Assembly (NCBI GenBank): GCA_038213805.1
Contig: JBBQSO010000057.1
Span: forward strand, 1-35,221
Origin: Planctomycetota bacterium
GTDB taxonomy: Bacteria > Planctomycetota > UBA11346
Direction of reading: 5' to 3'
DNA: 35,221 nucleotides
Shown: positions 1-9,370 of the stretch, one piece after another
How positions within the stretch are numbered: the stretch's first letter is position 1
How the letters are laid out: the number at the start of each line of letters is the position of its first letter
Position numbers and translations under genes: made by a program
Notes under the pieces: generated by a model
Told to the model about the DNA's origin: nothing
Seen by the model: only the letters and a program-made list of their open reading frames with translations
Databases searched by the model: none

Positions 1-150
1 GTGGACGTTGATGGTGCCTTCGACCACCCCAGGAGTGTTGGTCCAACCGTTGAAGCCGACGCTCGGTTCGGCGGCGGCTGCACGGGGCATGCTCAGCACG
101 GCGGTGGCGAGCAGCAGCACGGCCAGCGCGGCGATACGACCAGAAAGCAT
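1..150 (-). CDS. Secreted protein, N-terminal part (runs off window edge)
   Basis: ATG at 150 preceded by GAGG. Reads MLSGRIAALAVLLLATAVLSMPRAAAA|EPSVGFNGW..., a Sec signal peptide. Absent from the ORF track because the stop lies outside the window. Confidence 0.7.
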   Translation of the reverse strand, partial: MLSGRIAALAVLLLATAVLSMPRAAAAEPSVGFNGWTNTPGVVEGTINVH

Positions 151-454
151 GCGAACCTCGGTGGTGAGGAGGGAGGGGCGGGTCAGTGGGATGCTGCGAT
201 CAGCGAGGGCAGGCAGGGGGCGCACAGTGACAGGCGTGATGGTCGCGTGCATGGTGAAGAATCCCTGGAGGCTTGCTGGAGAAAGAGGGCAGCGATACGA
301 AGGGTGGTTTACTTGCAGCGGGGGCGGGAGAAGAGTAGTTACCAGCCCCTGAAAGCAAAGATATCTCTTCACCAGTGTAACGTTTGTACAGCGTTCGGCG
401 ATTGGAAGAGGAGGAGCGCATGTCGCGCACGCTGAAAAGTACGAAGGAGCTTTC

Positions 455-715
455 CGAATCCGGAAGAATTTTTATAAATAGCTATCATATATGAGTTTAT
501 ATTCCAAATCGAAGTCCAATGGGGGCTCCATCACGGCTCGATTGGCGTACCCACCATGGCGAATCGCACCAGTTCACCCGGTGGCAAGTCCACGGGTAAC
601 TACACCTCGGAATGAGCCGTCACGACGTCTGGACGTGGTGGTTCATTGTCATTTGGCAAATGGTTGCACGCCTATCAGTCGCTTATAAATATATTTTTAT
701 GCGTCAAGATTACAG
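455..715. promoter_or_regulatory. AT-rich regulatory tracts upstream of the left-edge gene
   Basis: Strongly AT-rich in a GC-rich background. TTATAAATA occurs at 472-480 and 683-691; palindrome TCATATATGA at 485-494. Confidence 0.4.
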
Positions 716-779
716 GCCGGATCCCTGACAGCGCGGTTCTGCACGTCGGGTTGAATGTGCGTGGGTAGCGCTTGAGAGA

Positions 780-3632
780 TCAATCCCTGCACTTGGCGGC
801 GACCAGGGCGATGGCGCGCAGCATCAGCATGAGCAGTCCGGCAAGTGCGTAGGCACCCGTGCCCAGCCCGCAACCGCCCCCGCCCCCGCCCCCGCCGGAA
901 CTGGCCGGCGGCGGGGTCGATCCGGAGGAGGCCGGCGTCACAACCACGGTGAAGGTGCTGGTCGCGGTCAGGGCGTTGGCATCGGTAGCCGTCACCGTCA
1001 CCTGGTACGAGCCGCTCGCGGTCCCGGAGGGGACGATCACCATGGAGCGGGAACCGGTGGTGCCAGTGAAGGCGAAGTCCCCCCCGCTGAGCGAGCCGCT
1101 CGGCGCGACGTCGGCAATCAGGGTCACGGACGCCACCGTCGGGTCGGTGACGGTGATGGAGACCGGTGGCGAAGTGGCGCCGCCGGTGATGTTCATGTTG
1201 CTGATCGGGGAGATGGTGGGTCCGGTGGCGGCGCTGCTGGTTACGGTGAAGGTCGTGACGCCAGTCAGCCCGGCACCATCGCGGACGGTGACCGAGACGG
1301 TCGAGGTGCCGCTCTGGCCGCTCGCCGGAGTGATGGTCAACGTCCGGTTGGCGCCGCTGCCGCCGAACACCAGGCCGCTGAGGGGCAGGTAGGCGGGGAG
1401 CGAGGTGGTCGCGCTCACGGTCAGCGCGGTCACCGCGGTTTGGTCGTCGGTAATGGTGAATGGTAGCGCAGAGCTGTGTCCGCTCACTGGCAGCGCGAGG
1501 TCGGCGATGAGGGTGATGGTTGGCGCGATGTTGGGCGGCGCTGGGGTGGTCACGGTGAACGTCGCGACCGTGGCCAAGCCACCTGCGTCGGTCACGGTGA
1601 TGGTCACGGTGGCATTGCCGCTCTGTCCGGCTGCCGGCGTGACGGTGACCGTGCGATTCGTGCCGCTGCCGCCGAGGACCACGCCGGAGAGGGGCAGGTA
1701 GGCGGACGGGGTGCTGCTGACTGCGCGCGTGACCACCAGGGCCGCGGCCGCGGTCTCGGCGTCACCGACCGTGAAGGCGAGCGCGGCGGAGGCGCCATTC
1801 AGGGCGATGGTCTGTGCGGGGATGGTGCTGCCGATGGTCGGTGGGGTGTTGCCGGAGGTCGTGTTGACGGTGACTCGGAAACTGGTCGTGATCGCCAGTC
1901 CTTCCGCATCGGTGACGGTGACGATGATGTTGGCCGTGCCGATGAGGCCGGCGGCCGGCGTGATCGCCAGGGTGCGGCTGGCGCCGCTGCCGCCCGGCAG
2001 CAGTCCACTTGCCGGGATCAGCGTCGCGTTGTCGCTGATGGCCTGGACAGTGAGGTTGGAGGCTTGCGTCTGCGCATCCCCGATGGTCAGGGTCGGGGTC
2101 ACGGTTGCGCCCGAGACCACCGTCTGGTTGCCGATGACAGAGATCGTCGGCGGGGTGTTGGAGGCACTGGTCGGGGCTTCGACGAAGCGCACCGCGTCGA
2201 CCGAGACGATGCCATTGGCGCCGGTGGTCGCGAAAGTCACGCTGCTGCCGGTACCTGAGCCGCAGGCATAGGTCCCGATCAGAACCCAGTGCCCGGCGCC
2301 ATAGGCTTCGTCAATGATGACCGTCGTGTCCACGCCATTGGCGTGCACCGTTACCGGGACCACCGTACTCAGGTTCACGCCGCTGGCGGCGCTGTACCAG
2401 ACGTAGACATCGTAGGTGGTGGTGGCGGGCAGGACTGGGGTGAAGGTGAAGGTGGAGCCGGTTCCAGGTGTGGCGTAGCCGCCGAGGAAGGAGGACGCCG
2501 CACCGGTGGTCACGGGCCAGGTGCCATTGGCGCTGGTGTGTGTGGTCTCGGTATTGTCGACGATGACCTCGCGGCTGCCGAAGGCGGACGGGACCTGCCC
2601 TTTGCGCTGGCCGAGCAACCAGGTCCAAAAGGGGCGGTTGAAGTCGCTGGTGCCGGAGCCGTAGGTCTGGGTCCAGCCCTCGTGGTTGCTCGAATTGTAG
2701 AGCGTCACCTGGGTGAGATCGCCGGCCACGTAGGCGGTGCCGCTGCTCCAGATCCACCCGGTCGCCGGGTGGAAGTGGGCGCTGCGGTCAGCGGTGACGC
2801 CGGTGATGCTTCGAACCACTCCTCCGACGACCGTAAAGCCGATGCCGCTTGGGTAGGTATCCAGGCAGCGCTGGGTGACGCCGCCCTGGCCGTTGGCGAT
2901 GCCGTTGACCCAGCCAACCGTGTTGGGCGTCAGGAACGAGGTGGTGGTGCCGGTGGTGTAGATCGCCGGCACGGTGGGGTCCGCGGCATTGTGGATCGCC
3001 CACACCGGGATGCCGGACATCGCCGAGAACGTCCCGGGATTGGCAGGGAAGGCGCCTCCAGCGATCGGCACCAGCGCGGCGAGGCGCGTACCGTGGTCCT
3101 TGCCATAGAGCCAGGCGCCACCGCCGCCCTGACTGTAGCCGGTGACGTAGATGCGCAGGGGATCCACCCGGTAGCGCGTCGCGACCTGGGTGATGGTCGC
3201 GTCGATGGTGGCGCTGCTGTAGTTCTTGTCGGGATTCTCGGGGTGGATGACGATGGTGGGATTCTCGTCGAAGTAGGTTACGCCGTTCTGGATGAGCCGG
3301 AGCGGACCATTGTCCAGCACACGTGGAAGCTCGTTGGTGACGTTGACGGGGGTGAGGCTGCCGGTGAAGCTGCCATTGCCGACTTCGCTTACGCCGCCGA
3401 GGCAGACCACCAGCGGGTAGGTGGATTGGATGTCATTCGTGTAGCTCTTGGGCAGGTACAGCATGTAGGGGATGGTGCCGGTGGTCGCAGGTTTGCCCAG
3501 GATCTGGCCGACGGGATCGGCGGCGGTGAGCGGTTGCGCGAGGCAGGCCGCAGCGGTGAGGGCGAGCAGCGGCGCCGCGAGGTGGTGACGATGGGTGGTG
3601 CGCGCGGCGGCGACTCGGGTAGCAAGCTTCAT
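780..3632 (-). CDS. Surface-anchored alpha/beta-hydrolase (predicted esterase/peptidase) with golvesin-like domain, about 4 Ig/cadherin-like repeats and a C-terminal sorting signal
   Basis: Signal peptide; DPLRIYVTGYSQGG nucleophile elbow, HNAADPTV (Asp), NHEGW (His); VIVDN...YDVYVWY...DAVRF domain; repeated NTPPTI...TVTD..GL....F.VTV units; tail SSGGGGGGGGCGLG + TM + basic residues. Confidence 0.85.
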   Translation of the reverse strand: MKLATRVAAARTTHRHHLAAPLLALTAAACLAQPLTAADPVGQILGKPATTGTIPYMLYLPKSYTNDIQSTYPLVVCLGGVSEVGNGSFTGSLTPVNVTNELPRVLDNGPLRLIQNGVTYFDENPTIVIHPENPDKNYSSATIDATITQVATRYRVDPLRIYVTGYSQGGGGAWLYGKDHGTRLAALVPIAGGAFPANPGTFSAMSGIPVWAIHNAADPTVPAIYTTGTTTSFLTPNTVGWVNGIANGQGGVTQRCLDTYPSGIGFTVVGGVVRSITGVTADRSAHFHPATGWIWSSGTAYVAGDLTQVTLYNSSNHEGWTQTYGSGTSDFNRPFWTWLLGQRKGQVPSAFGSREVIVDNTETTHTSANGTWPVTTGAASSFLGGYATPGTGSTFTFTPVLPATTTYDVYVWYSAASGVNLSTVVPVTVHANGVDTTVIIDEAYGAGHWVLIGTYACGSGTGSSVTFATTGANGIVSVDAVRFVEAPTSASNTPPTISVIGNQTVVSGATVTPTLTIGDAQTQASNLTVQAISDNATLIPASGLLPGGSGASRTLAITPAAGLIGTANIIVTVTDAEGLAITTSFRVTVNTTSGNTPPTIGSTIPAQTIALNGASAALAFTVGDAETAAAALVVTRAVSSTPSAYLPLSGVVLGGSGTNRTVTVTPAAGQSGNATVTITVTDAGGLATVATFTVTTPAPPNIAPTITLIADLALPVSGHSSALPFTITDDQTAVTALTVSATTSLPAYLPLSGLVFGGSGANRTLTITPASGQSGTSTVSVTVRDGAGLTGVTTFTVTSSAATGPTISPISNMNITGGATSPPVSITVTDPTVASVTLIADVAPSGSLSGGDFAFTGTTGSRSMVIVPSGTASGSYQVTVTATDANALTATSTFTVVVTPASSGSTPPPASSGGGGGGGGCGLGTGAYALAGLLMLMLRAIALVAAKCRD

Positions 3633-3946
3633 CAGGACTCCAAGGCTTCGGTAACGGGCATCGTGCGGGTGGCTAATGCGGAGGAAGTCTCTTTCGCGGT
3701 CGATTGCGCGGCGCCCGGTTGTCCAGCGCCTGACAGTGTTGACAATTATACTCCAGATCCTGCTGCATCCGGACGGGAATGTAGATCAATAATCTCCACA
3801 GTCATTTCGTGTGTGTGCTGAGCGAGCGCGATAGGCGCAATCGTGGGCGCGCGCGCCGCGCTCCGTCCGCTCCGTAGGAGGCGTCTGAACCATTTCTGAA
3901 AAGGCATCCTGGCGGAAATCGTTCCAGGGGAAGCCGGGGATCTGCT

Positions 3947-6670
3947 TCAGCGTCCGACAGTGAAACGGACCTTGGCGTTCCAGGTCGCGCCCGCTCCGGC
4001 GAGGGGGATGCGCAGGCAGCGCACCGGCAGGGGCAGGGCGGCGAGGCGCGCGGTCGCGGTGGCCTGGCCGCTGCCCGTCCAGGTGATGTCGAGGGCGCCG
4101 CTGCCGGCGCTGAAGCGCGCGCCGCGCTCCGTGGTGTCGAGACGCATCCCGGGGGACTGGTCGAGGAACGGCAGGGTGAGCCAAGGATCGGCGAGCTCGA
4201 TGCCGGCTACTGCGACCTCGATTTCCAGGAGGTCATCGGCGATGGTGTAGGTCCAGGTGATGGTCGCGCCGCTGCCGGGTTGGATGCCGGTGATGCGCAG
4301 AATCTCGCCCGGCGTGATCCAGGCGCAGGTGGCGCGTTCATGCCCGCTCCACCACAGCGCCCCCGCGTGCACCCCGGCCACGCAGACGTGGGTCAGGTCG
4401 TCTGGTTGGGTGACGCGATCGTTGTTGGCGGCCGTGCGGTCGTCGTTGGCATTGTGCATCGAGATCAGGCTGACGCCGGTCGCGGCGTGCCACAGCGCGC
4501 TCGGCGCACCGCCGGTGCGGCAGCTCTCGTCGGGCGACTGCGCCATTCCGGTGGCATCCCAGAAGACCAGGCCGTACAGCCCGCCGCGCTTCCAGGCGAT
4601 CTGGCCGGGCAGCTCCCAGGTGCCCGCAGCGGCCCGGCATGGCAGCTCGGCCGGTGCTGCCACCGGCCGGCGCGCCACCGCGATCGCGATGCTGGTCCAG
4701 GGGGCCTGCACTTCGCCGGTCCAGAAATTCACGGCACCGCTGCGCGGCACCAGGTCGGCGAGCGCGGCACGGGCCCAGGCCGCGCTGTTGACCAGGAAGG
4801 GCATGTTGGTCCCGACCATGCCGGCGCCGCGCGCCGCGGGCACGGTCAAAGACCAGCGCGTCGCCGCCAACGGGAATTCGTCGCGCTCGAGGACGCCGCC
4901 CGGCCACGGCTGCAGGCAGAACGCCGCCCACTTGCGCGCGCTGAGGGCGGAGGGTCCGGCGAGGGAGCCGTCCGGCTGCGGCAGCCAGTGGTAGGCGCTG
5001 AAGACCAGGTTGCGCGCGATCGCGGCGCGCAGCAGCGTGAGCACGCGCGGCGCGGGCCGGGGCAGCCCGGCATACAGGTGGTAGGCCTCGGCCATGCAGG
5101 TGCCGGACAACGAGTCGTAGTGACCGTCGGGGCCTCCGCCTTCGAGGAAGTAGCCGGCGGGGTGCTGGCCGAGGTGGGCACCAGACTGCGGTTCGAGCAG
5201 CTCGGCCACCTGGCGCTCGAAGCGCAGGCGGAAGCGCTCCTCGCCGGTGCCGATGTGGGTGAGCAGGTGGCCGAGGATCATGTGCCACCATTGGTTGGTC
5301 TGGTAGCCCTGAAAATCGGCGAGGCGGTCGCCGACCGCGAGCAGACCTTCGCGCCAGATTGCCCGGGCCTCGGGCGTGAGCTGGTCCCTGAGCTCGGCGA
5401 AACCGCGGGCCAGGGAGCCTTCGTAGATGAAGAAGGCGTGGATGAGTGGGCCGTTGGTGCGGCCGAGATCCTCCTCGCGCAGCAGGTCGTCGCCCTGCAG
5501 CCGGGAGAGGTGGTAAAACGCGGACAACGTCGCCCGGGCGGTCAGCGCGCGGTCGTGATAGGCCGGGTTCGGTTCGACCGCGGCAGAGATCGCGCTCGCC
5601 AGGCCACCGGCATCGAACGGCGCGTGCTTCGCGCCGTGGAGCGACGGCGCGGCGGCGTCCGCCGTGGCGTGGAAGGTGCCGAAGTCCTCGGCGGCCGGAT
5701 CCAGCACCTGCCCTGCGAGGAAGTGCTTGAGCCCGCCGAGCGGCCCGAAGCGGCCATAAAGCTGGAGGGCGGCGAGCGGTTCGGGCGTGCCCGCCGTGCT
5801 CGCCTCTGGTAAGGAGTTTGCGGGTGTCAGGTCGCCCGCCGCCGCCGCCACCATCCACGCCCGGGCACGCGCCTGCAGCGGGCCACTGACGAGGCGGCCG
5901 GCGCTGACGCAGGTGCCGCCGCGCAGACGTTCCGCGCTGGCGGCATCGGCGCAGAGCAGCGCAGGCGCGCCGTCGAAGCTCAGCGCGGCGCTCTCGGGCG
6001 CGATGGTAACGCACAGCGCGCCGCCGGTGGGCAGGCCGGACCAGCGCCAGAGCAGGCGTTTGCCCCGGTCCTCGCGCTGCACGGGCAGGTCGTGGCCAGT
6101 GGCGTCGGCCAGCGCGACGCCGCCGCGCCCGTTGGCCATCGCCAGCAGCGTGTCGTTGCCCGGCGGGATCCACAACCACGCGCGGTGCGGACTCTCGCTC
6201 GCCAAGCCGAGCGCCATCTCGCCGCGCAGCCCCCAGGCAGCGCTCGCAGGCAGCGCGAATGTCACGCGGTCGCCGTCACGGCCGCCGACCACTGCGACCC
6301 GCCAGATGCCCGCGGGGCCTGCGGGGACGGCGAGTTCGATGCGCACCTGCGCCTGGTCCACGGTGGGCTCGGCGCACGCGGTCAGGGAGCCGTCCGGAGC
6401 GATCACCTTGATGAGGGTGGTCGGCTGCCAGCCGCCGGCCACCGCGCGCCGGCCTGGCGGCGCTGCGAGCTCGACGATCACATGGCCTGGCCCGGGCGCC
6501 GGGTACTCGGCGAGCACTGCCGCCCCGGTGATACGTCCCGGCAGGGTCGCCAGCGTACACACCGCCTGGAGCGGAAGGTCCGCACCCGCTGCCTGATCGG
6601 CGGCGTCGGCGGTTGAGGCCGCGATGGCGACGGCGACGGCGACGGCGGTCAGCAGGCAGCGGGTGGACAT
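3947..6670 (-). CDS. Large secreted hypothetical protein (907 aa), possibly a polysaccharide-lyase-like helical domain plus beta-sandwich
   Basis: ATG 6670 with GAAGG RBS; signal peptide MSTRCLLTAVAVAVAIAASTADA; helical core with TNQWWH and GYFLEGGGPDGHY motifs; beta-rich C-terminus. Function is inferred only. Confidence 0.7.
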   Translation of the reverse strand: MSTRCLLTAVAVAVAIAASTADAADQAAGADLPLQAVCTLATLPGRITGAAVLAEYPAPGPGHVIVELAAPPGRRAVAGGWQPTTLIKVIAPDGSLTACAEPTVDQAQVRIELAVPAGPAGIWRVAVVGGRDGDRVTFALPASAAWGLRGEMALGLASESPHRAWLWIPPGNDTLLAMANGRGGVALADATGHDLPVQREDRGKRLLWRWSGLPTGGALCVTIAPESAALSFDGAPALLCADAASAERLRGGTCVSAGRLVSGPLQARARAWMVAAAAGDLTPANSLPEASTAGTPEPLAALQLYGRFGPLGGLKHFLAGQVLDPAAEDFGTFHATADAAAPSLHGAKHAPFDAGGLASAISAAVEPNPAYHDRALTARATLSAFYHLSRLQGDDLLREEDLGRTNGPLIHAFFIYEGSLARGFAELRDQLTPEARAIWREGLLAVGDRLADFQGYQTNQWWHMILGHLLTHIGTGEERFRLRFERQVAELLEPQSGAHLGQHPAGYFLEGGGPDGHYDSLSGTCMAEAYHLYAGLPRPAPRVLTLLRAAIARNLVFSAYHWLPQPDGSLAGPSALSARKWAAFCLQPWPGGVLERDEFPLAATRWSLTVPAARGAGMVGTNMPFLVNSAAWARAALADLVPRSGAVNFWTGEVQAPWTSIAIAVARRPVAAPAELPCRAAAGTWELPGQIAWKRGGLYGLVFWDATGMAQSPDESCRTGGAPSALWHAATGVSLISMHNANDDRTAANNDRVTQPDDLTHVCVAGVHAGALWWSGHERATCAWITPGEILRITGIQPGSGATITWTYTIADDLLEIEVAVAGIELADPWLTLPFLDQSPGMRLDTTERGARFSAGSGALDITWTGSGQATATARLAALPLPVRCLRIPLAGAGATWNAKVRFTVGR

Positions 6671-6948
6671 GGCGACCTTCGGATGCGCGCGACCGGGCCT
6701 GGCCGGCACGGCAAAGCCTTAAGCGTGGCTGGTGGCGATGCCAGCGCAGCGGCGTGGACCACCGACAAGTGGGGTCCAAGCGCATTGTCCACGCAGCGAC
6801 AGCGTGACCGGCCTGCGACAGGCCACCGCGCGCGGCGTCGCACAGCCGGGCGCGGTAGGGGGTTTACGGGCTCACGCAGCGGCAAGCGCTGCGCACGAGA
6901 GCCACGCCATAAGCAGCGTTACCGGATCGTCGCACAGCTTTTTATGGA

Positions 6949-6974
6949 ATGAATTTATCTAAATTTAAATTCAT
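6949..6974. promoter_or_regulatory. Operator-like inverted repeat in the divergent promoter region
   Basis: ATGAATTTA-N8-TAAATTCAT, a perfect 9-bp inverted repeat within an AT-rich tract between divergent genes. Confidence 0.5.
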
Positions 6975-7224
6975 ATTGTCGGAATTGGATACACGGTGTC
7001 TCTGAGCGATTTCATCCGGTAAAAACCGCTTGGTGCAGCACACAGCCAGCGCGAATTCCACAATCTTTTCAGATCAGGATCAGAAAATAAATCGTCACTG
7101 TGGTATATTCGCCGGAGCGCGGACGGGGAACCCTGCCGATACCCGTCCGGCGCGCCCATCGCCTGAACTACCATCATTGCCACCAAGCCATCCCCGGTCG
7201 CGCCGACCGGGCCCGAGGAACCCC

Positions 7225-9258
7225 ATGCCCAACGCGATCCCGGTCCACGGCTGCTCCCGTCACCTCATCCTGCGCGGCGCCTGCCGCGTGCTTGCCGGCG
7301 TGGTCTGCGCCGGCGCACTCCATGCCGCCGATCCGGTCGGCGCCATCTTTGCAAAGCCCGCAGCCGGCACCGCCTACCCCTTCATGGCCTGCCTGCCCAG
7401 CAGCTATGCCAGCGCCTCCACCCAGCGCTTTCCACTGGTGATCTGCCTGAGCGGCATCGGCGAGCGTGGCGATGGTTCGAGCAACGGCACGCTCAGCGAA
7501 GGTTCGAACAACCAGATCGCCTACGTCCTGCACACCGGGCCGCTGCAGCTGATCCGCAGTGGGACCACGTACTTCAACACCCATCCCGCAATCGTCGTCT
7601 GCCCGCAGACCGCGGCGAACTGGGACACGGCGAAGCTTGATGCCACGATCACCGCGCTGGGCAGCGCGTACCGCGTCGACACCGACCGCATCGTCCTGAC
7701 CGGCTATAGCCTGGGCGGCGGCGGCGCGTGGACGTACGGCATGGCGCACGCGGCGCGGCTCGCCGCGATCGCGCCGGTGGCGGGTGCGGCCTACCCCGGC
7801 AACAGCTACGCATTCGGCAACTTCAAGGACACCCCGGTGTGGGCATTCCACGACGCGGACGACGCCACCGTGCCCACCGCCTGGACCACCGGCACGCCGA
7901 CCGGGTACACCATGGCCCCCGCCCTGACCGGCTGGGCGAGCGGCATCGCCATCAGCACCGCCGGCGCGGCGCCGAACCGCTGCCTGGACAGCCATCCCGA
8001 CCATCCATCCGTCAACGTCAGGTCGGACGGTACGCTGGGCTCGCTCAGCGGGGTGGTCGGCACGTACACCGGACGGTATGCCACGGCCTCCGGCTGGGGA
8101 TGGAGTACGGGTGCGACCCCCTCAACCACGGCAAAGCTCCAGGTGACCATCTATCCGAGCGGCGGCCACGGCGGTTGGGACCAAGCCTACGGAACGGGCG
8201 CCGTTCCCAACCAGGTCTTCTGGGACTGGCTCCTCGCCCAGCATCTCGGCGGCACCGTCGCGGTGGTGCCGCCCGCACCGCCCGCACCGCCCGCACCGCC
8301 CGCACCGCCCGCACCTCCCACCACCGACGGGCTGATCCTGGCCAGGACCACGGCCGCGACCGGCGCGCCCTACGCCTACCTGGTGCGCTGCCCGAAGACG
8401 TACACTGCGGCTGCGCAGGCGCTCTTCCCGCTGGTGCTGTGTCTCGGTAGCAGCAGCGAGAACGGCGATGGCTCCAGCGACGGCACCTTGACCGAGTCGG
8501 CAACCAACCAGCTCGCGCGCGTCCTGCACGCCGGCCCCCTCGCGCTGAGCAACGGCGGAGCGACCTACTTCGACGATCAGCCGACGATCCTCGTGCAGGC
8601 GCAGACCGCCACGAGCTGGAACGACAACGACCTCGACACGTTCATCAGCGGACTGGTCAGCGCCTATCGCGTCGATCCGGCGCGCATCGCGCTGACCGGC
8701 TACGCGCAGGGTGGTGGCGAGGCGTGGTATTATGGCAGGAGCCATCCGACCCGTCTGGCCGCGCTCGTGCCGATCTGTGGGGCGAACTATCCGGGTTCGG
8801 TAGCGCGCTGCGCGCCGCTCGCCGGGCAGACGGTGTGGGCATTCCATTGCTCGGACGATGGCCCGACGCCCACGTCGTGGACGACGGGAACGCAGGCGGG
8901 CTCCCCATTGACGATGATCGGCTGGGTCGGCGGTACAGCCACCAGTCTGGGTGCATCGGCGTCGAGCTGCCTCGACACCCACCCCGACCATCCTACGGTG
9001 AAGGTCAATAGCAGCGGCAGCGCAGGCTGCCTGCTTGGCGTGACCGCGACGCGTACCGGCGTGTTCGCTGCCGCCTCCGGCTGGGTCTGGAGCAGCGGCG
9101 CCACCCCCGTCCCGAGTGCGCGTCTCCAAGTCACCATCTACTTTGGTGGCGGTCACACCGGCTGGACGCAGACCTACGGCAGCAGCGCAGCGACCCTCAA
9201 CCGGCCGTTCTGGGATTGGTTGCTGGCACAGCGCAAGGCTCCGGTCGGCTCGGGCTGA
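7225..9258 (+). CDS. Secreted tandem double alpha/beta-hydrolase-domain protein (paralogue of 780-3632)
   Basis: ATG 7225 after GAGGA; signal peptide then ADPVG, as in the 950-aa paralogue. Domain 1 has GYSLGG/HDADD/GGHGGW; domain 2 has GYAQGG/HCSDD/GGHTGW; Pro-rich linker between them. Confidence 0.85.
   Translation: MPNAIPVHGCSRHLILRGACRVLAGVVCAGALHAADPVGAIFAKPAAGTAYPFMACLPSSYASASTQRFPLVICLSGIGERGDGSSNGTLSEGSNNQIAYVLHTGPLQLIRSGTTYFNTHPAIVVCPQTAANWDTAKLDATITALGSAYRVDTDRIVLTGYSLGGGGAWTYGMAHAARLAAIAPVAGAAYPGNSYAFGNFKDTPVWAFHDADDATVPTAWTTGTPTGYTMAPALTGWASGIAISTAGAAPNRCLDSHPDHPSVNVRSDGTLGSLSGVVGTYTGRYATASGWGWSTGATPSTTAKLQVTIYPSGGHGGWDQAYGTGAVPNQVFWDWLLAQHLGGTVAVVPPAPPAPPAPPAPPAPPTTDGLILARTTAATGAPYAYLVRCPKTYTAAAQALFPLVLCLGSSSENGDGSSDGTLTESATNQLARVLHAGPLALSNGGATYFDDQPTILVQAQTATSWNDNDLDTFISGLVSAYRVDPARIALTGYAQGGGEAWYYGRSHPTRLAALVPICGANYPGSVARCAPLAGQTVWAFHCSDDGPTPTSWTTGTQAGSPLTMIGWVGGTATSLGASASSCLDTHPDHPTVKVNSSGSAGCLLGVTATRTGVFAAASGWVWSSGATPVPSARLQVTIYFGGGHTGWTQTYGSSAATLNRPFWDWLLAQRKAPVGSG
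8269..8313 (+). repeat. Five perfect 9-bp tandem repeats (CCGCCCGCA) encoding a (PPA)5 interdomain linker
   Basis: Read directly from the sequence; in frame. Confidence 0.95.
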
Positions 9259-9309
9259 GCGGGACGGTGCCGCGCACCCCGGCGTGGCACGGGGATGCGC
9301 GAGTACATG

Positions 9310-9366
9310 CGGATGCCCTAGGGATGCTCGGGGCATCCGTCCAGCGTCGCATGCACGGTGCGACGC
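9310..9366. terminator. Two adjacent hairpins between convergent genes
   Basis: CGGATGCCC/GGGCATCCG (9310-9339) and GCGTCGCA/TGCGACGC (9344-9366); no U-tract. Confidence 0.4.
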
Positions 9367-9370
9367 GCCC

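Noticed and set aside
8269..8313. Tandem repeat as CRISPR or phase-variation tract
   Set aside because: The 9-bp unit has no spacers and keeps frame; it is a coding linker.
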